In this document: in pieces, positions 12,830 to 26,716 of the stretch
How the letters are laid out: every line of letters starts with the position of its first letter
How positions within the stretch are numbered: position 1 is the stretch's first letter
NCBI GenBank assembly: GCA_964016885.1
Contig: OZ024742.1
Coordinates: 317,564,001-317,628,000 of the forward strand
Source of the DNA: Eledone cirrhosa
Taxonomy: Eukaryota
Reading direction: 5' to 3'
Length of the DNA stretch: 64,000 nucleotides
Notes under the pieces: generated by a model
What the model was told of the DNA's origin: nothing
The model's input: the letters and a program-made list of their open reading frames with translations, nothing else
The model's database searches: none
Position numbers and translations under genes: made by a program

Positions 12830-13484
12830 TCATTTTTTCCGTTTATATATATATATATATATATATATATGCATACATATATATACATATACACATACAT
12901 ACATATACACACACATATATATACATGTGTGTGTGTCTACTCATATATATGTATATATATATATATAAATTATATATATATATATATATTCATATATTTG
13001 TATATGTGTGTGTGTGTGTATGTGAGTGTGCGTTTGTGTGCACTAAAGTCAATTTCATATCTACATTTCAGTTAGTCATGAAATGTAAAAGTAGTTTTAT
13101 TTGATTTACACTTACATATTTTGTACAGAAAATATGGCCTCGTTTATAAAATATGCGTGTGAACTGTTGCATGTTGTGTGCCCGTGAACTGATTTAATTT
13201 CATTTATGATACTGTCTTTTTTATCCTTAGCGCGTTTTCCTTAATATTGATTTAAGAAAATATTTTTTTATATTTTATTCACTGAGTTTTATGCCTTTGG
13301 GGTTTAATCGTATATGTGCTTTTTTTTAATGATTGCAGCATCCAACATGCACATATAAACGTTTAATGCAATTCTGTAACTGGGTTTTAAAAGAAAGAAA
13401 GGTAACTTCAATCGCATATATATGTATGTGTGTATGTGACTTGTTTTGTTATTTCTGTTTGCCTTTTGCATGCATATATATATA

Positions 13485-14061
13485 CTGATGAGGGACTTAT
13501 TTTATTACATGTTATCCATGTGCTACCAGCAGTATTTTTCTCCCCATTTTATCACATATATTTACCTATACTGCGATCCTGTTTTTTTTTTCTCTCTCTC
13601 TTACTGCTCCCTCATTCTCTCTGTTTCTCCTACTTTCTTTCGCCCCCTCTGTCGTGTCAGTTAACTCTTCCTCACACTTCCACTCACTCACTCACTGTTT
13701 CTCCTCTCCTCACTTCACCCCGTTCGTAACGAAAGCAATTTCTCTCTTTCTTACATTGCATTCGTTCGCGAAAGGTCTTTTTTCTAAGCGCTCATATATT
13801 CACCTAGCTTACGCTAACAGAATAACTATGAAGCTTGTTTCCTTCCTCTACGGTTAGCTCTACTCTTTGTTGTTTTCCTGTCTCACTCGCTTTACGCGTT
13901 TTAATTGTCCTAATAACTTAATTTAGTTATTATTGCACCGACGTGAGGTATATGATTTTTAATGCAATGAAATATCTATGATCGTCGGCAAATCACTGAT
14001 GAGGGACTTATTTTATTACATGTTATCCATGTGCTACCAGCAGTATTTTTCTCCCCATTTT

Positions 14062-14065
<4 letters not shown>
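13485..14065. repeat. ~70-bp direct repeat (13485-13555, 13995-14065)
   Basis: actgatgagggacttattttattacatgttatccatgtgctaccagcagtatttttctccccattttatca twice. Confidence 0.85.
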
Positions 14066-14099
<34 letters not shown>

Positions 14100-14593
14100 A
14101 TATGATTATAAATATGACTAAATATATAATGATGGTGGATCCTTCGTCGGTTTTTCGTTAATAAACATTTAGTTTTTTGATCAACATATTTATAAACCTG
14201 TACGAGGGCAGATGTTCCACAGACAAGTGTACCCTCCTTGATGTACTTCCCAATCAAAATCGGCCTCACACACTATGTAATAAGGCCAGACATATGAATT
14301 ATAGGTAGAGGTACAATTTGATGAGCTTCCACACAGTTGCCGTCTCCTCAATTTCACTCACAAGGCTTCGATCAACGTGAGTCTATGTTGAAGACACTTC
14401 CTTAAGAGGCCACGCAGTGAGCTGGGGTAGTGAATGTCATGATATATAATGTCATGATATATAATGACTAAATATATATGACTGAGTAACTATACATCGG
14501 TTTTTCTTCTGAAGAAAAAATGTGTCTCTCTCATTCTGTCTTCGTTGGAAACGTTAAGACTCTCTTCCTACTATATCAAGCGTTAAACGAATA

Positions 14594-14788
14594 CAAGACC
14601 TGCCAACCTCTAAAAAACCCAAACGGGAAGTATCAGGAAAAAAGTGTCACAAACGGGGAGAAATGACGCGAAATGGGAAGATTTTACATAATGAAAGCTA
14701 TACCCATTTTTACAAGAGAAGACATCTCTCACCCACATCAAAGTGGGTGGGAGCTCTCCCCGTCGGACGCGGAGAGTTGATATGTCTG
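14594..14788. mobile_element. ~195-bp MITE, copy 1
   Basis: Termini caagacctgccaac / gttgatatgtctg; flanks cgaata/ctaata; homologous along its length to 26063-26259. Confidence 0.8.
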
Positions 14789-14959
14789 CTAATACATATC
14801 TTCATTGTAATGTATGTTTTGCCCTCCCGTGTTGTTTTTCCTTGTTGATTTATCTCATATAATTGAATATATAAACCGAAGACTTAGAGCCTCCAAGGTT
14901 ATACTATACACCAAGCTGAAGCTGGAAGTAATTAGACCCGAAGCTTATCGATGCGTTAT

Positions 14960-15290
14960 TAAACCCTTGACTTGTGGAAAATATTTGGAGCATGACTGAT
15001 TACGAAAAAGGCAAACACTACAAAGCAGGAGGTGGAAGGAACCAATTTAAGAGGGGAAATTGTCTTCAAAACTTCTATCAGATGTAAAACATAACAGGCC
15101 TGGTATAGATGTTTGAGAGAGAACAGAAACATTGATTAACAATTGTAGATGTTTATCTGTAAACTGATATGTTATCAATTGTAGTTTTATTGTCGTTGTT
15201 GACTCATCGTCCTGGCGGATAGAATCGCTAATGTGTTACTCTAGATGATGGTGAGAGACGCATTGAAACAGCTAGTCCAACATATCTTCA
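14960..15290 (+). mobile_element. Possible old PLE 3' remnant with decayed HHR
   Basis: Broken translation resembles a GIY-YIG tail (EKGKHYKAGG...NLRGEIVFK); downstream gatga-tggtg...catt-GAAA-cagctag-TC. Confidence 0.3.
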
Positions 15291-15959
15291 ATGTTATTTT
15301 ATAGTAAATATGTTCTAACGTATAAATAAGCTATTAAAATTAAATATACCGAACTATCATTATAAACGCCTATTTAATTGGTATATTGCAGACATGGATA
15401 TGGATTGGCAAAAAGAGCTTCGAATAGTGTTTTTCTTGCTGTTAGAATGATAAACATATTTATTTTAAACAAACCTTAGCCTTTATTAAAGAACTACATA
15501 AGCACATAAATAAGTATAAGCATAAATATTCAGATAACTGCGTATTAGTTTCTACATAACGTGTTAATACGCTGTTGGTGTATTGGTGGTTCAAATTTCA
15601 TCACTGGTAGGGACCAAATAAATGCATTTAATTCTCATGTCATTCACTATAAAATATATGTAACGGAAGATAGAAATTTACGCCAGAGGCAGCGAGTATT
15701 CATTATTCATTCTTATTTCCGTAGCTTGCAGTGCTAAGCTCAAAATCTGTCCTCATTACTATGTCAATCGTTCAAGGAGATGTATGGAAATCTTATTGAT
15801 TAATTGATATTGATTAATCTTTTTAGGTTGATGCGGTATAACTGACAATATAATACTTGATATTTTGCCCATACATTTAGCAAAAAGATTCTCAGAATTA
15901 TCGTTTCCCGTATATTATATTTTAGTCAATACACTCAACACTTTGTCATTGAAACTGAC

Positions 15960-16077
15960 CTGAGAATAATAAATAGTACAACGCTGATTGCAGCCATGAT
16001 GAACAGCCATGATACTGATGAAAATACTGAATCAGAAAATCTCAGGCGTGGACAAAGTGCCATAAACTGCAGAAAAC
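15960..16077 (-). CDS. Candidate 118-nt internal exon encoding a hydrophobic, possibly transmembrane peptide
   Basis: Acceptor cttgatttccag|, donor AG|gtcagt, open frame (G)FLQFMALCPRLRFSDSVFSSVSWLFIMAAISVVLFIIL(R); no homology recognised. Confidence 0.3.
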
Positions 16078-16099
16078 CTGGAAATCAAGATAAGTATCC

Positions 16100-16355
16100 T
16101 GCTAACCACTTAGCGTGAAGAGGCGGTAATGAATTACAAACGAATTCCTGTATGGAATCTTCACAAATTTCGTCGTGTTGGATCCACGATTCATTGTTGG
16201 AAAGTGTGGAGCACGTCATATTACATACATTAACAACCTGAAGCAAGATATTGGCCTAGAATCTATCCAGGAATTACAGATGGCAATATAGGGCCGAGAA
16301 GTGTGGAAAAGAGACGTTATTGTGTTGACCCGGATAGGAGCCCAGAATTGTGATA
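16100..16355 (+). mobile_element. RTE-like LINE 3' end fragment
   Basis: Translates ...ITYINNLKQDIGLESIQELQMAI*GREVWK, resembling the RTE C-terminus (TYIDQL..DTG...L..AM.DRE.W). Confidence 0.6.
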
Positions 16356-17230
16356 CGTATTTTCTAGATGCATACAAGTTTTAGATTCTATGTTATAGTA
16401 GAATTGATAAGCCATATCAAGCAACAACTGATACAATTTTCGTTGCTCAATTTCAGAATGACTATTCTATAATTATACAATACCATATTACTTAAAGTGA
16501 TTTTATTATGATATTCAATGACAATAAACAGTTAAATTTTCTTACAGTAACTTATTTTGTGTCTTTTTAAATGTTGTTACACTATTTCTAATTATCATCC
16601 AAAGCACAGAACAATATAGCCGTGTGTAGCAATGAGATACGAATTCACGTCACTTCTATTGAAATACCATCTCTTTATCTGCCATAGCTTCTGCACTAGC
16701 TTCCTAACCGGGCTGTATTGAATATGGCAAGCTATTGTTATGTTTTTTCGTCCTCATAGTCAGATTACTCGATAAAATGTATTTCCAAGTGAATCATTTA
16801 TAAGTCAAGGACATAGGGACACGTAGTGCAAAGTTTTATTTACGTGATTATATGATACATTCTGGATAAATCTACTTTAATTGACGGGAAAATTTCTTAT
16901 TCAAAATCACGTTTAACTTCGCAGATTCTATACAGATAAACTAAATCTATTAGGATGATGGCGATGCGATGTTAAACGAGTGTTTATTTATTATTCGTAG
17001 ACTGACAGTCTGTAAAAAAATCGTATTGTGAACAGGGGTGTTACGTTGAATTCATCATGGCTACACAGTTAGTGGATGACCTGTGGATTATTAATGCACT
17101 AATAAATATCAACAAATTATGGCGCCATTGATTGCAACGGCGTGATATTACTGGTTTTGGGTTATTTGTTTCATTTTTATACTTTAGGTGTTTATTTCTT
17201 CTTGTGTACATACATGTGCATACATAACTT

Positions 17231-17317
<87 letters not shown>

Positions 17318-17435
17318 TTATGTACGTGTATCGTCTTATACGCACACATATATACACACATTTTGTACATAATTTTGTTATTTCGTATATTTGTTTATAA
17401 TGTTTGTGTGTGTGAGTGTGTGTTTTGTATATGAG

Positions 17436-17494
<59 letters not shown>

Positions 17495-18534
17495 GGCCGT
17501 GCCTCAGCATGGCCGCAGTATAATGACTAAAACCAATAAATTAATAAAAAGAAAGAATATTATATTTGTCTGAAAGTATTCTTAGACGAATTTCTTTAAG
17601 TAAGGAAACAAGACTAATCCTGTAAGAGTCATTATTTTAATAAATAAAAATATATATATACATATATATATGTGATTGTGTGCGTTTGTGTGTGTGTGTG
17701 CATGTGTGTGTATGTGCGTATGTGTGTGTGAGAAGGAAAAAGAGACACAGATAATCCTCTACTTTTGTAGTTGTGTTGTTTTCTCTGTATATGTATATGT
17801 TTTTAAATGGATATATGATTGCGTGTACGTGTTTGTATATGTGTGGGGGCGTGTAAGGGAGTGTGTGTGTGCGTGTATATTGAAACGAAAGGATGACGGC
17901 TTACTGAAACTGGAAATAAAACAGTAGATAAAGCAGCATTCATTAATAAAGATAGTAAAAAACAAAGATGATCTGGTTGTCGAAAGACTGGTCAATAAGT
18001 GGACTAGACAGAATTGATAGGATGCAGGGAAAGTATAACAGTAAAGAAAGAAAGAAAAACATATGAGAATAAAACAAAATTAAAAAAAAAAAACAATAAT
18101 CTTAAGAAGAAGAGATGTTTAAGAAATAACAAAAGTAATGACAAAATGAAAGTATAGAAAGAACGACAGACAACTACAGAGAAAACGTTAAACAAAGAAC
18201 TCATGAAAAAAGTTGAAACAAAAATGAATGAACGAAAATCAAAATGGCTATTTGTAATCTAAATAATAAGGAAATATAACGTTACATTGTTTATATTCTA
18301 ACATACATGTAGGCGTATTTGAACGCAGATATGTAGCGTTTGAATGGCAATTTCACTGTCACTTTTGTTTGTATTCAGTGACAGATATCGCAGAAGAGGA
18401 AACAAATTTAAAATCATCAGAATTCCGGGCGGGACTTCAATAATCCAGTATGGTCAATTCAGTTGACTTCTGAAAGAGATGCTAGCTTGACAATGGCTTA
18501 CATTCTTCTATAATGTTTGGCTTTGTATTTAAAT

Positions 18535-18854
18535 CAGTGATGCCCAATCTCGTGTGCCCCATGCTCCACCTCAACATCTCAAACATGTTTATACCCCACT
18601 TTGATATAAAAACAGTGATGATCAACTACAAAGTGTAAACAAATTGACGTATGGGTGATGCCAGATGCACAATAACATGTGTGGAGGAGGTGAGACAGGA
18701 GTTTCCGACAGTAATTAGTTCCAAAGATGTCTTGGTGTAAAAGTAATAAGATAAAACCTGAAGCTTGCTCTCATAAACATCATTTTCAAATTGCCCCCCT
18801 TGAATATTCAAATTGCTCCTCTACGGGGCGTGCGCCTCACGTTGGTAATCACTG
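18535..18854. mobile_element. hAT (Buster-type) MITE, 320 bp
   Basis: TIRs cagtgatgcccaa / ttggtaatcactg; perfect 8-bp TSD ATTTAAAT (nnnTAnnn) at 18527-18534 and 18855-18862. Confidence 0.88.
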
Positions 18855-19569
18855 ATTTAAATTAAGATATTCGTGAGATAGCTCACGTCTTCTGAAGCTA
18901 GTTACTTTACCTCTGCTTTTATCACACAATAAATCTGTAACTTTTGAAAATTGTTATTTCATTCTCTTATAAGTATGATGTAAGACTGTGTGTTGTTTAT
19001 GGTGACATCCCGAATTGAGTGCACCACCATAATCAAGAACCAAATTGCTTCATGTTCTCTTTACTCTTTCCTCAAAGGAAATTTTTCTGAAATATATCAA
19101 AGTAACCTTTCAATATGTTTGTTACTGTTTCTTTCGATATCTAATGTTATATTTGTATCGCTATAAAAATATCTCGTGTATATATATATACATATATATA
19201 AAGATATATATATATATATAAATATATATGTGTGTGTGATATATATAAATATATATGTGTGTGTGCGCGTGTGTTTGTAGGGGGGGGGGTGTATGTGTGT
19301 GTGTGTGTCTTTGTGCGTGTGTCTGTGTGTGTATAAAGATATGTTCAATATATGAAGCTATATTCGTGCTTTCAGTACAGAATGTGTAAAAACTGCAAAT
19401 TGAGAATATGTGAAAATGATATTCTCCTATATATTGCGTTATAACTTCAATATTATTTCACCGTAACTTTAAATATGTTTGGCAAAGTCATTAGAACGTC
19501 GGGAAGAATACTTTGTACATTCATTCTGTCTATCTACTATCTCCACTCGATTCCTGCTGAGATCAACTA

Positions 19570-19638
19570 AGAAGAAGAAGAACGAGGAGGAGGAGGGGGT
19601 GGAAGAAGAAGAAGAAGAAGAAGAAGAAGAAGAAGAAG

Positions 19639-19668
<30 letters not shown>
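19570..19668. repeat. (GAA)n microsatellite
   Basis: Direct reading. Confidence 0.95.
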
Positions 19669-19669
<1 letters not shown>

Positions 19670-20118
19670 GTTAAGAAAAAATGGAGGCGAAACTAAATAT
19701 GCGTCATTTCTCGCCTTATATTTCATGTTAAACAGTCCAAACTGAGAGAAACTGAAATAGCTTACAACGGCACATTGAAAGAAGTATTGCAGTATTTTAT
19801 TCCGAATTGGTTTTGTTATTTGTATATTTGAATGGGAATAAATATCAGGCAAGTTTTCTTCAATTTACTGTTCATTCTGCGTGTGAAAAGATAACTTAAC
19901 AATCCAACAATGAAATGTCGTCTGGCGGATAAATTCTGTAAAAAGCAGACGATTTCTTCAGAAATGCTATTAAATTACTGACGTCGAAAAGTTGCTGCCC
20001 CGCAGTGAAGAAGAAATGATATCTCTAATTTGTTAGACATTGTAAAGTCATAATACTTATCGTAAAGGTATATACACACACATACACACACATACGTATA
20101 TATATACATATATATATG

Positions 20119-20154
<36 letters not shown>

Positions 20155-20484
20155 TGGAGGAGATTGATAGTGATATAGATACACTCACCCCCTCTCGTAA
20201 CCCACATGCCCTCACTATTGCCGCACAATGTTCTCTAATTTTGCCATATTTGATGGATAAATAAAGTTTTGGGATGCGTATTTCCTTGTGGATTGGGAAG
20301 GGTGGAGACAATTTCTGATGAGGAACTCAACTACTGTCAACTACTGTCAAGCTGTTCATCGTTTCAAATATCATGATAAATATGTAAAACTTCTCCATTT
20401 CCCTCAGTGACACTCAACTCACGAATAGAGTGCACTACTCAGGCTTCCTTGGGAAGATAAGTGTATCAGTTTTTGCCGCACTGA

Positions 20485-20735
20485 AGGCGCATGGCTTACT
20501 GGTTAGAGCATTAGGCTTACAGACGTCAGGTTGTGAGTTCGATTACCGGACCGGGCTGTGTGTTTCACCTTGCTCCGGTTCACCCAGCTGTAGAAATGTG
20601 TTGTGACATCACTGGTGTCAAGCTGTATCGGCCATTGCCTTTCTCTTGGACAACATCGGTGTCGTGGAGATGAAAGATTGGTATGCATGTGTGACTGCAG
20701 TTCTTCCACAAACAACCTTGCCCGAAACAACCTTG
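20485..20735 (+). mobile_element. tRNA-derived SINE, family A
   Basis: aggcgcatggcttactggttagagc...gagttcgattacc head; 3' acaaccttgcccga duplicated. Confidence 0.75.
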
Positions 20736-20777
20736 CCCGAAAGGAATCTCTATACATATATATACATATAGATATGC

Positions 20778-20876
<99 letters not shown>

Positions 20877-20957
20877 TGTCTGTATGTGTGCCTCTGTGTG
20901 TGTGTGTGCGTGTGTATACATAAATACATACATACATACAAAAATACATACATACAT

Positions 20958-21494
20958 ATGGTGGCTGCCAACTCGTTTTCGAGTACGGCCACTACTTTAT
21001 ATCCATGTAGGAGAACTCCTACCAATGCGCTGAACGAGTGTGATTTTTTAGTCCAGCCAGCGACTTGAAAACTCTGGTACAAACACTACACTTGTGACAA
21101 TTATTGACACATAGTGCTGGGCCCATGGTACCATGTGACGACAAGTGCAGAGAGATCTCCAGATATAAAGCAATGCCTGTGCCGTGAAGCTTTTATAGTG
21201 AGCAAATGCACTGCACAAAGCCAGTTCCACTCTCTTAACCAAGATGATATTTACCAAAAAGAATCATTGGATACCATCAGGGTTGCAGGTATTATATTAG
21301 AGTTTTCCTTCTCCTAGAATTCTGCCTTGACAAAGGCTAAGGGGTCATCTCTCCCGGTGATTTTGGATGGGCATTGACTCTTAAGAGCTCCTTTGCCCTT
21401 TGACAGGTTTTGCTTTTATTCCTGCATGATGTCCAAAGTCACCCTCCTCACCAAGAAACCTTGGTGGGGTTACCAGTTTAGTCGCCAACGACCC
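20958..21494 (-). mobile_element. RTE-derived non-autonomous element, copy 2 (5'-truncated, deletion subtype)
   Basis: Near-identical to 11429-12038; reads aaaaagaatcattgg where copy 1 has aaaaagaagaacaagtcaacatcattgg. Confidence 0.8.
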
Positions 21495-22098
21495 ATCCAT
21501 ACAAACTTACATACATATACGCCATATCAGACTAGTTTATATGTAACTTCACGATAAGCAACTTTTAATTAATTATTCTTCTTGAAATTAATTAGTCATC
21601 CACAAGGATTAAACATACGAAGAGACAGCACTGAAAGAGAAACGCACTGACGAGGAATGATATGGAAAAGCTAAGTCGCAATTGTCGTAACAGCCATATA
21701 GCATAGAGCAATTATTTATGATGTCATTAATTCACAGTCATTTTGAGTGTCATTAATCTACCACTCGATAAAATAAAGTACCAGTAATGCACTGGGTAAT
21801 TGCTGGCCTTGTGCCTAAAGTAGAAACAATTAATCTACCACCGATCTGAACAGCCTGTATCTTATTGACAAGAGCCTATAGATAAAGCCGTTCAGCATTG
21901 TTGAAGGACCTAGTAATTAGGATACAAATCGATATATTGTTGAAATAGGAGCATGAAGCGGAAAGCTCGAAATACTTAACATAAAATTGAAACTGTTTAC
22001 TGAAGGAAATTAAATATACTCGGATAAACTTATATTCGACTCTTATAAGTTCATACTGCTATTCTTATGTGTGTTGCATATATATATAAAACAAGTGA

Positions 22099-22230
22099 AG
22101 GCGTGTGGCAGAGTGGTTAGACAATTGGATTCACAATCTTGAGGTTGTGAGTTCGATTCCTGAACCGGGCGATGCGTTATGTCCTTGAGCAAGACACTTT
22201 ATTTCACGTTGCTCCTTCTACCTGGAGTTG
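22099..22230 (+). mobile_element. tRNA-derived SINE family A, 5' part
   Basis: aggcgtgtggcagagtggttag...gagttcgattcc...gtccttgagcaagacactttatttcacgttgctcc. Confidence 0.75.
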
Positions 22231-22479
22231 TGACCGATAGATAGTAATAGCAATTGGAAAGACCAACGGAAACATTGTTTCCTAGGTCCGATTTGACGAA
22301 AGTCGATCGATCCAAAAAAAAAAATATATATATATATATACACATGTATATATATATATATTTATATATATTATTTGTGTTCATACATCGACCGATATAT
22401 ATATGTATGTATGTTTGTGTATCTATATGAATTATATGTATTATGCAACAATTACATATGTTTGTATATATATATTATT

Positions 22480-22960
22480 AGTAATATTATTATTATCGTT
22501 CAGTTTTGTAAATCTCAGACATATGTTAAACGATCTGGATATTTCTGTTAGGGACCAGTCAACAACAAGTTAACAAATGTCCCTCACTGCATTCGCTCCT
22601 CTGCCTTACATAGACAAGACTTTTCTTAACATTCTTGCTGTACTTAGAAGTGCTGTCTTCTGCGTGACCACTAACATTGTATCAATTCCGATTCTATTTA
22701 CGCAGTCTTCAAATCTGTCTTATATGCATCCCAATGCTCCTATCACCACTGGAATCCCTAAAATATGTTTCATCCCCTATAATATTCCACCCTCCTCTTT
22801 CAGGGGCTCATACTTTTGATGTTCTTTATCCTTCACTTTACTATCTCCTTGATATATCGATAATTTGGACCTCGTATTTGCTTTGTTGCCTCAATGATTC
22901 TATCGCATTGAATGGTGAAGTACCCCCAAAAGCTTAAATTCATCACTCTCTAACTGCCCT
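22480..22960 (-). mobile_element. R4/Dong-like (RLE) LINE 3' end with (TAA)n tail
   Basis: Minus translation contains PVVIGALG and QKTALLSTARMLRKVL, the typical R4-clade C-terminus; ends in tattattatt. Confidence 0.75.
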
Positions 22961-23896
22961 TGTGAAACGTTCTAGGCCTCGAGGTAACGATCATTTCCTG
23001 GGCCCAGAATATAAATTGATGCTCCTAGACGTGAACGCTAGTGAAGGTGGTTCTTTCAAAGTACTCGTAAAGTTAATCATCTCATCTACCTCGTGGCATA
23101 ACATTTATTCCCAAGCATAATCTTTTTTTAAACAAGCGGTAGGTTGTCATTTGAAGGTGATTCGGGTGGTCACGTGCCACCGTGACTCAGGCACTTCAAT
23201 TCCATCCGTTTTTTCTCCTCTTTTCAGCCACGTAGTTTCCAGCTTCCCAACACCCTGAACTCGCACCGGACCACCACATTCATGCTGCGACTCTGCAATT
23301 CTCTTCCTGCAAATATATCCACTGCAGCCGTCGACATACAGCTGTTTAGACGAAAGTTTAATCACATCAATCAATTCATGGGAACTGCGAATGCTGTAGA
23401 TACTGCCCACTTCTCCTATCTAACAAATACAAATATCTTTTAAGATAGTTACTTTCCCCTATCTATTTTGTGCTTGAAATGATAATCCTTTTCAATGTTT
23501 TCTTGCCATTGTTGATTAATTTGCATATTACCCTATAGTTCACTTCGCAGCGCTCATCGTAGAAACAAGTTGTAAGTATATATTACCATAGTTAATGCTA
23601 GGATGTAATTCTTCATCCAATATAGAGAATTATTATAGATAGAGCAGGTGGAAAATGCATTTCATGAAAATCAGGTTTAGATTATTCACTTTCATTAATG
23701 TACAGAGAGAATTATTAACGCCACAAAGGTTTGAAGCTCTGTATAGATCAATAAGGAAGCAGTTTATATTATTGATATCACTCAAAAATTGCTTCACCAC
23801 TTGATACAATACTTAGGCAATAGTTTCTATAAATCGAATTGACCCTAAAACCTGTGATACAATTTTATGTTACTATTTATTGTAATAACACCACAA

Positions 23897-23930
<34 letters not shown>

Positions 23931-24317
23931 ACATACCACACACACAAACACACATACCACGCACGCATACACCACACACACATGTGTTATTCGTTTGTAA
24001 AATCATGTGATGTGTCTAAATTTAAATATCATTGATTATTGCTTATGTTTTCAATTTGTTCTGCCAGTAAGGATAGGGCAATAACACGTTTTGCGAGTGC
24101 GGGTTTTTTTGTTCTAAACAGTTACAAATCAACTGTAACTGATGATGAAAGAAATCTTTCATTGATAAGTTCTAAATGATCAATGCTACTAATACTTGAC
24201 AACCACAACAGCTTTTATCTATAGCTCTAATTATGTTATTTTGCTACTGCAAAAACTGATTTGATTGTTTGATGCAAATTTGAGTTATTTTTCTTTAGTA
24301 TTAGCTGGAGAAATATA

Positions 24318-24528
24318 CAGTGTGCTGGCTTTTTACGCGAAGATGCGTTTGTGGACAGGCGCGGAAAGCAAATTTGCGTAATTCAAGTCTTTATATTTCC
24401 GATAAATAAAAAAAATTAAAAACCACACGCGTTATAGTGAGTTATTCGCGCAAAGTGAATATTTAATGATGTTTTAAGGGGCTTTAAAGCGAATTCGCAT
24501 ACTGCAAGTTCGCGTAAAAAGCAGATTG
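24318..24528. mobile_element. Tc1/mariner-pogo-like MITE
   Basis: TA-cagtgtgctggctttttacgcgaa ... ttcgcgtaaaaagcagattg-TA imperfect TIRs with TA flanks. Confidence 0.7.
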
Positions 24529-25227
24529 TACATTATTAAATCAATTTTCTCGGTTGATATTTCAAAATTGTACACTTTACATTAAAGCTTTATTGCTATC
24601 ATGTTTTATTTTCCTCACCCAATTTGAGTCGAGAATGGTGGATCCATAGATGGGCTAGCTACGTCTCTCGTCTTAGAGACAACAGGTGGACTATTAGAGT
24701 GACAGAGTGTACGCCATGACATTAGAGAAGAACAAGAGGGCGGTCAATGACACGACTATCTCGCTCGATACCTCGTCACCACATGGCCAGGGAGGAGTTT
24801 CTCTAACGGGAGCGAGAAGGCCCCGGATTTGGTGAAGACTGTTATCCTATATTGTCTGTTGCATAGATTAGTATAGGTTAGGAATAATCGTCATTTACTT
24901 AAAACATGACTAATTAACTAGTTCACTTTATTATACAAGTATATCTTCCATGGTAACTTGACATGTTATTAATATCATCCAATTTGTATAAATCTATTTT
25001 ACTCTCAATAATTGGTGAATTCTATCTCTAGATGTAAAATGTTGCTAAACAGTGCTATCAAAAGTATCTGCCCGCCAGTGTTTTAATCTTTCTGTCAATC
25101 ATTCTGTAGCATACGTATATATTACAGTACATTAATTATTTAGAATTATCAAAACATTTTATGTTTATAATTAATTTCGAAACATTGAAATTTTACTTTG
25201 AATTTATAAAGAAGATGTATTAATAAA

Positions 25228-25946
25228 TCATTTCTACCATCGGCACAAGGCCAGAAATTTGAAGAGGAGGGGAAAGTCGATTAAATCGACTACAGTACAT
25301 TACTGGTACTTTATTTTATCGACCCCGTAAGGATGAAAGGCAAAGTTAACCTCGGCAGGATTTGAACTCAGAACGTAAAGGGCCATGACACTATGCTGCA
25401 AAATATGGCGTCCGACGTTCTGCCGATACTGCCAATCCACCGCCGTGCACGAGTAATGATTTAGTTGATTAATTTGCTCAGAATATGTGAGGTAGCAATG
25501 TGTGAACAATAATGGTTTCTGATTTAGTCACAAGGCCAACAATTTTGGAGGGAGGGGAAAATCGATTAAATCGACCCCTGTGCGTTACTGGCATCTTATT
25601 TTATTGAACCCGTAAGAATGAAAGGCAAAGATAACCTTGGCCAGATTTGATCTCAGAACATAAAGGGACGTAACTAAATACCACAAAGTGTGTTATCTGA
25701 CGCTCTACCGATAATGCTAATCCCCGACCCTTAAAATTATGAATAATGGTTTCTGATTTAGGCACAAGGCCATCAATTTGGGGGAAGGGGAGAAAGTCTA
25801 TTACTGGTATTTGATTTCATCCAACCCGTACGGATGAGAGGCAAAGCTAACCTCGACGGAATTTGAACTCAGAAAGTAAAAAGACGTAACTATATTTCGC
25901 AAAAAATATTGTTAGACGCTCTACTGATACTGCCAATCCACCGCCT
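25228..25946 (-). mobile_element. Head-to-tail trimer of tRNA-derived SINE family B (Nin/Deu-like middle, (ATT)n tail)
   Basis: Units ~25228-25445, 25508-25731, 25742-25946; minus strand ggcggtggattggcagtatcgg...gagttcaaatcc...gcctttcatccttacggggtcgataaaataaagtaccag. Confidence 0.85.
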
Positions 25947-26062
25947 ATTCAATGAAATATACATTAGGGGCGTTTCCCGTTAATGGTTCTTCCCTATCAA
26001 TGTACGGCTTCTATGAACTGCATTGGTAAATTATTTTATCAAATCATTAATTCTAGTAATTA

Positions 26063-26259
26063 CAGGCCTGCGAACCTCTAAAAACTAAAACGGGGAGTAC
26101 CGTGAAAAAAAAGTGCCCCAAAACGGGGAGAAATGAGGCAAAATGGGGAGATTTTACATAATGAAAAGCTATACCCAATTTCACAAAAAAAGACATCTCT
26201 CACCCACCCCAAAGTGGTTAGAAGATCTCCCCGTAGGAGGGGAAGAGTTGACAGGTCTG
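26063..26259. mobile_element. ~197-bp MITE, copy 2, 6-bp TSD
   Basis: Termini caggcctgcgaac / gttgacaggtctg; TAATTA on both sides (26057-26062, 26260-26265). Confidence 0.85.
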
Positions 26260-26716
26260 TAATTACCATATCTCTGTGATATGTTATGTTTTTTCATCCA
26301 AGATTCTGCACTCATAATACTCTATATTGTTATACATAAAGTCTAAGAATATGGCAATTTTACTGTTTGGCTAGAAATATCGTTAATAATAATTTTCAAA
26401 TACAATAGAACGTCAGCAGTTTGTAGCGCATCACCACAACCACTACAAAATATTAAATACATCCCCACCTACTCAAAACCAGTTTCCAGTAACTCAAGTT
26501 AAAATATATAGTAGAGTGCAGAACTTGATAGTAACGTAACCAGCGTGCTGTTGCTGTTGTTCGATTAAATAAACAACCTACTCGTGAAATTAACGTGCAA
26601 GTAGCTGAGCATTCCACGAACACAGACACGTGTATCCTTAACGTAGTTCTCGGGGAGCTGCAGCGTGACATAGTGTGTGACAGTGCTGAACTTTGAATTA
26701 CATGAACACCTCTTTT

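Noticed and set aside
13486-13535. CTGATGA in the 70-bp direct repeat
   Set aside because: No GAAA box downstream; at most a deleted relic.
15838-15900. + strand peptide TDNIILDILPIHLAKRF resembling a cyclase coiled coil
   Set aside because: In-frame stop just upstream after the nearest acceptor; short match probably by chance.
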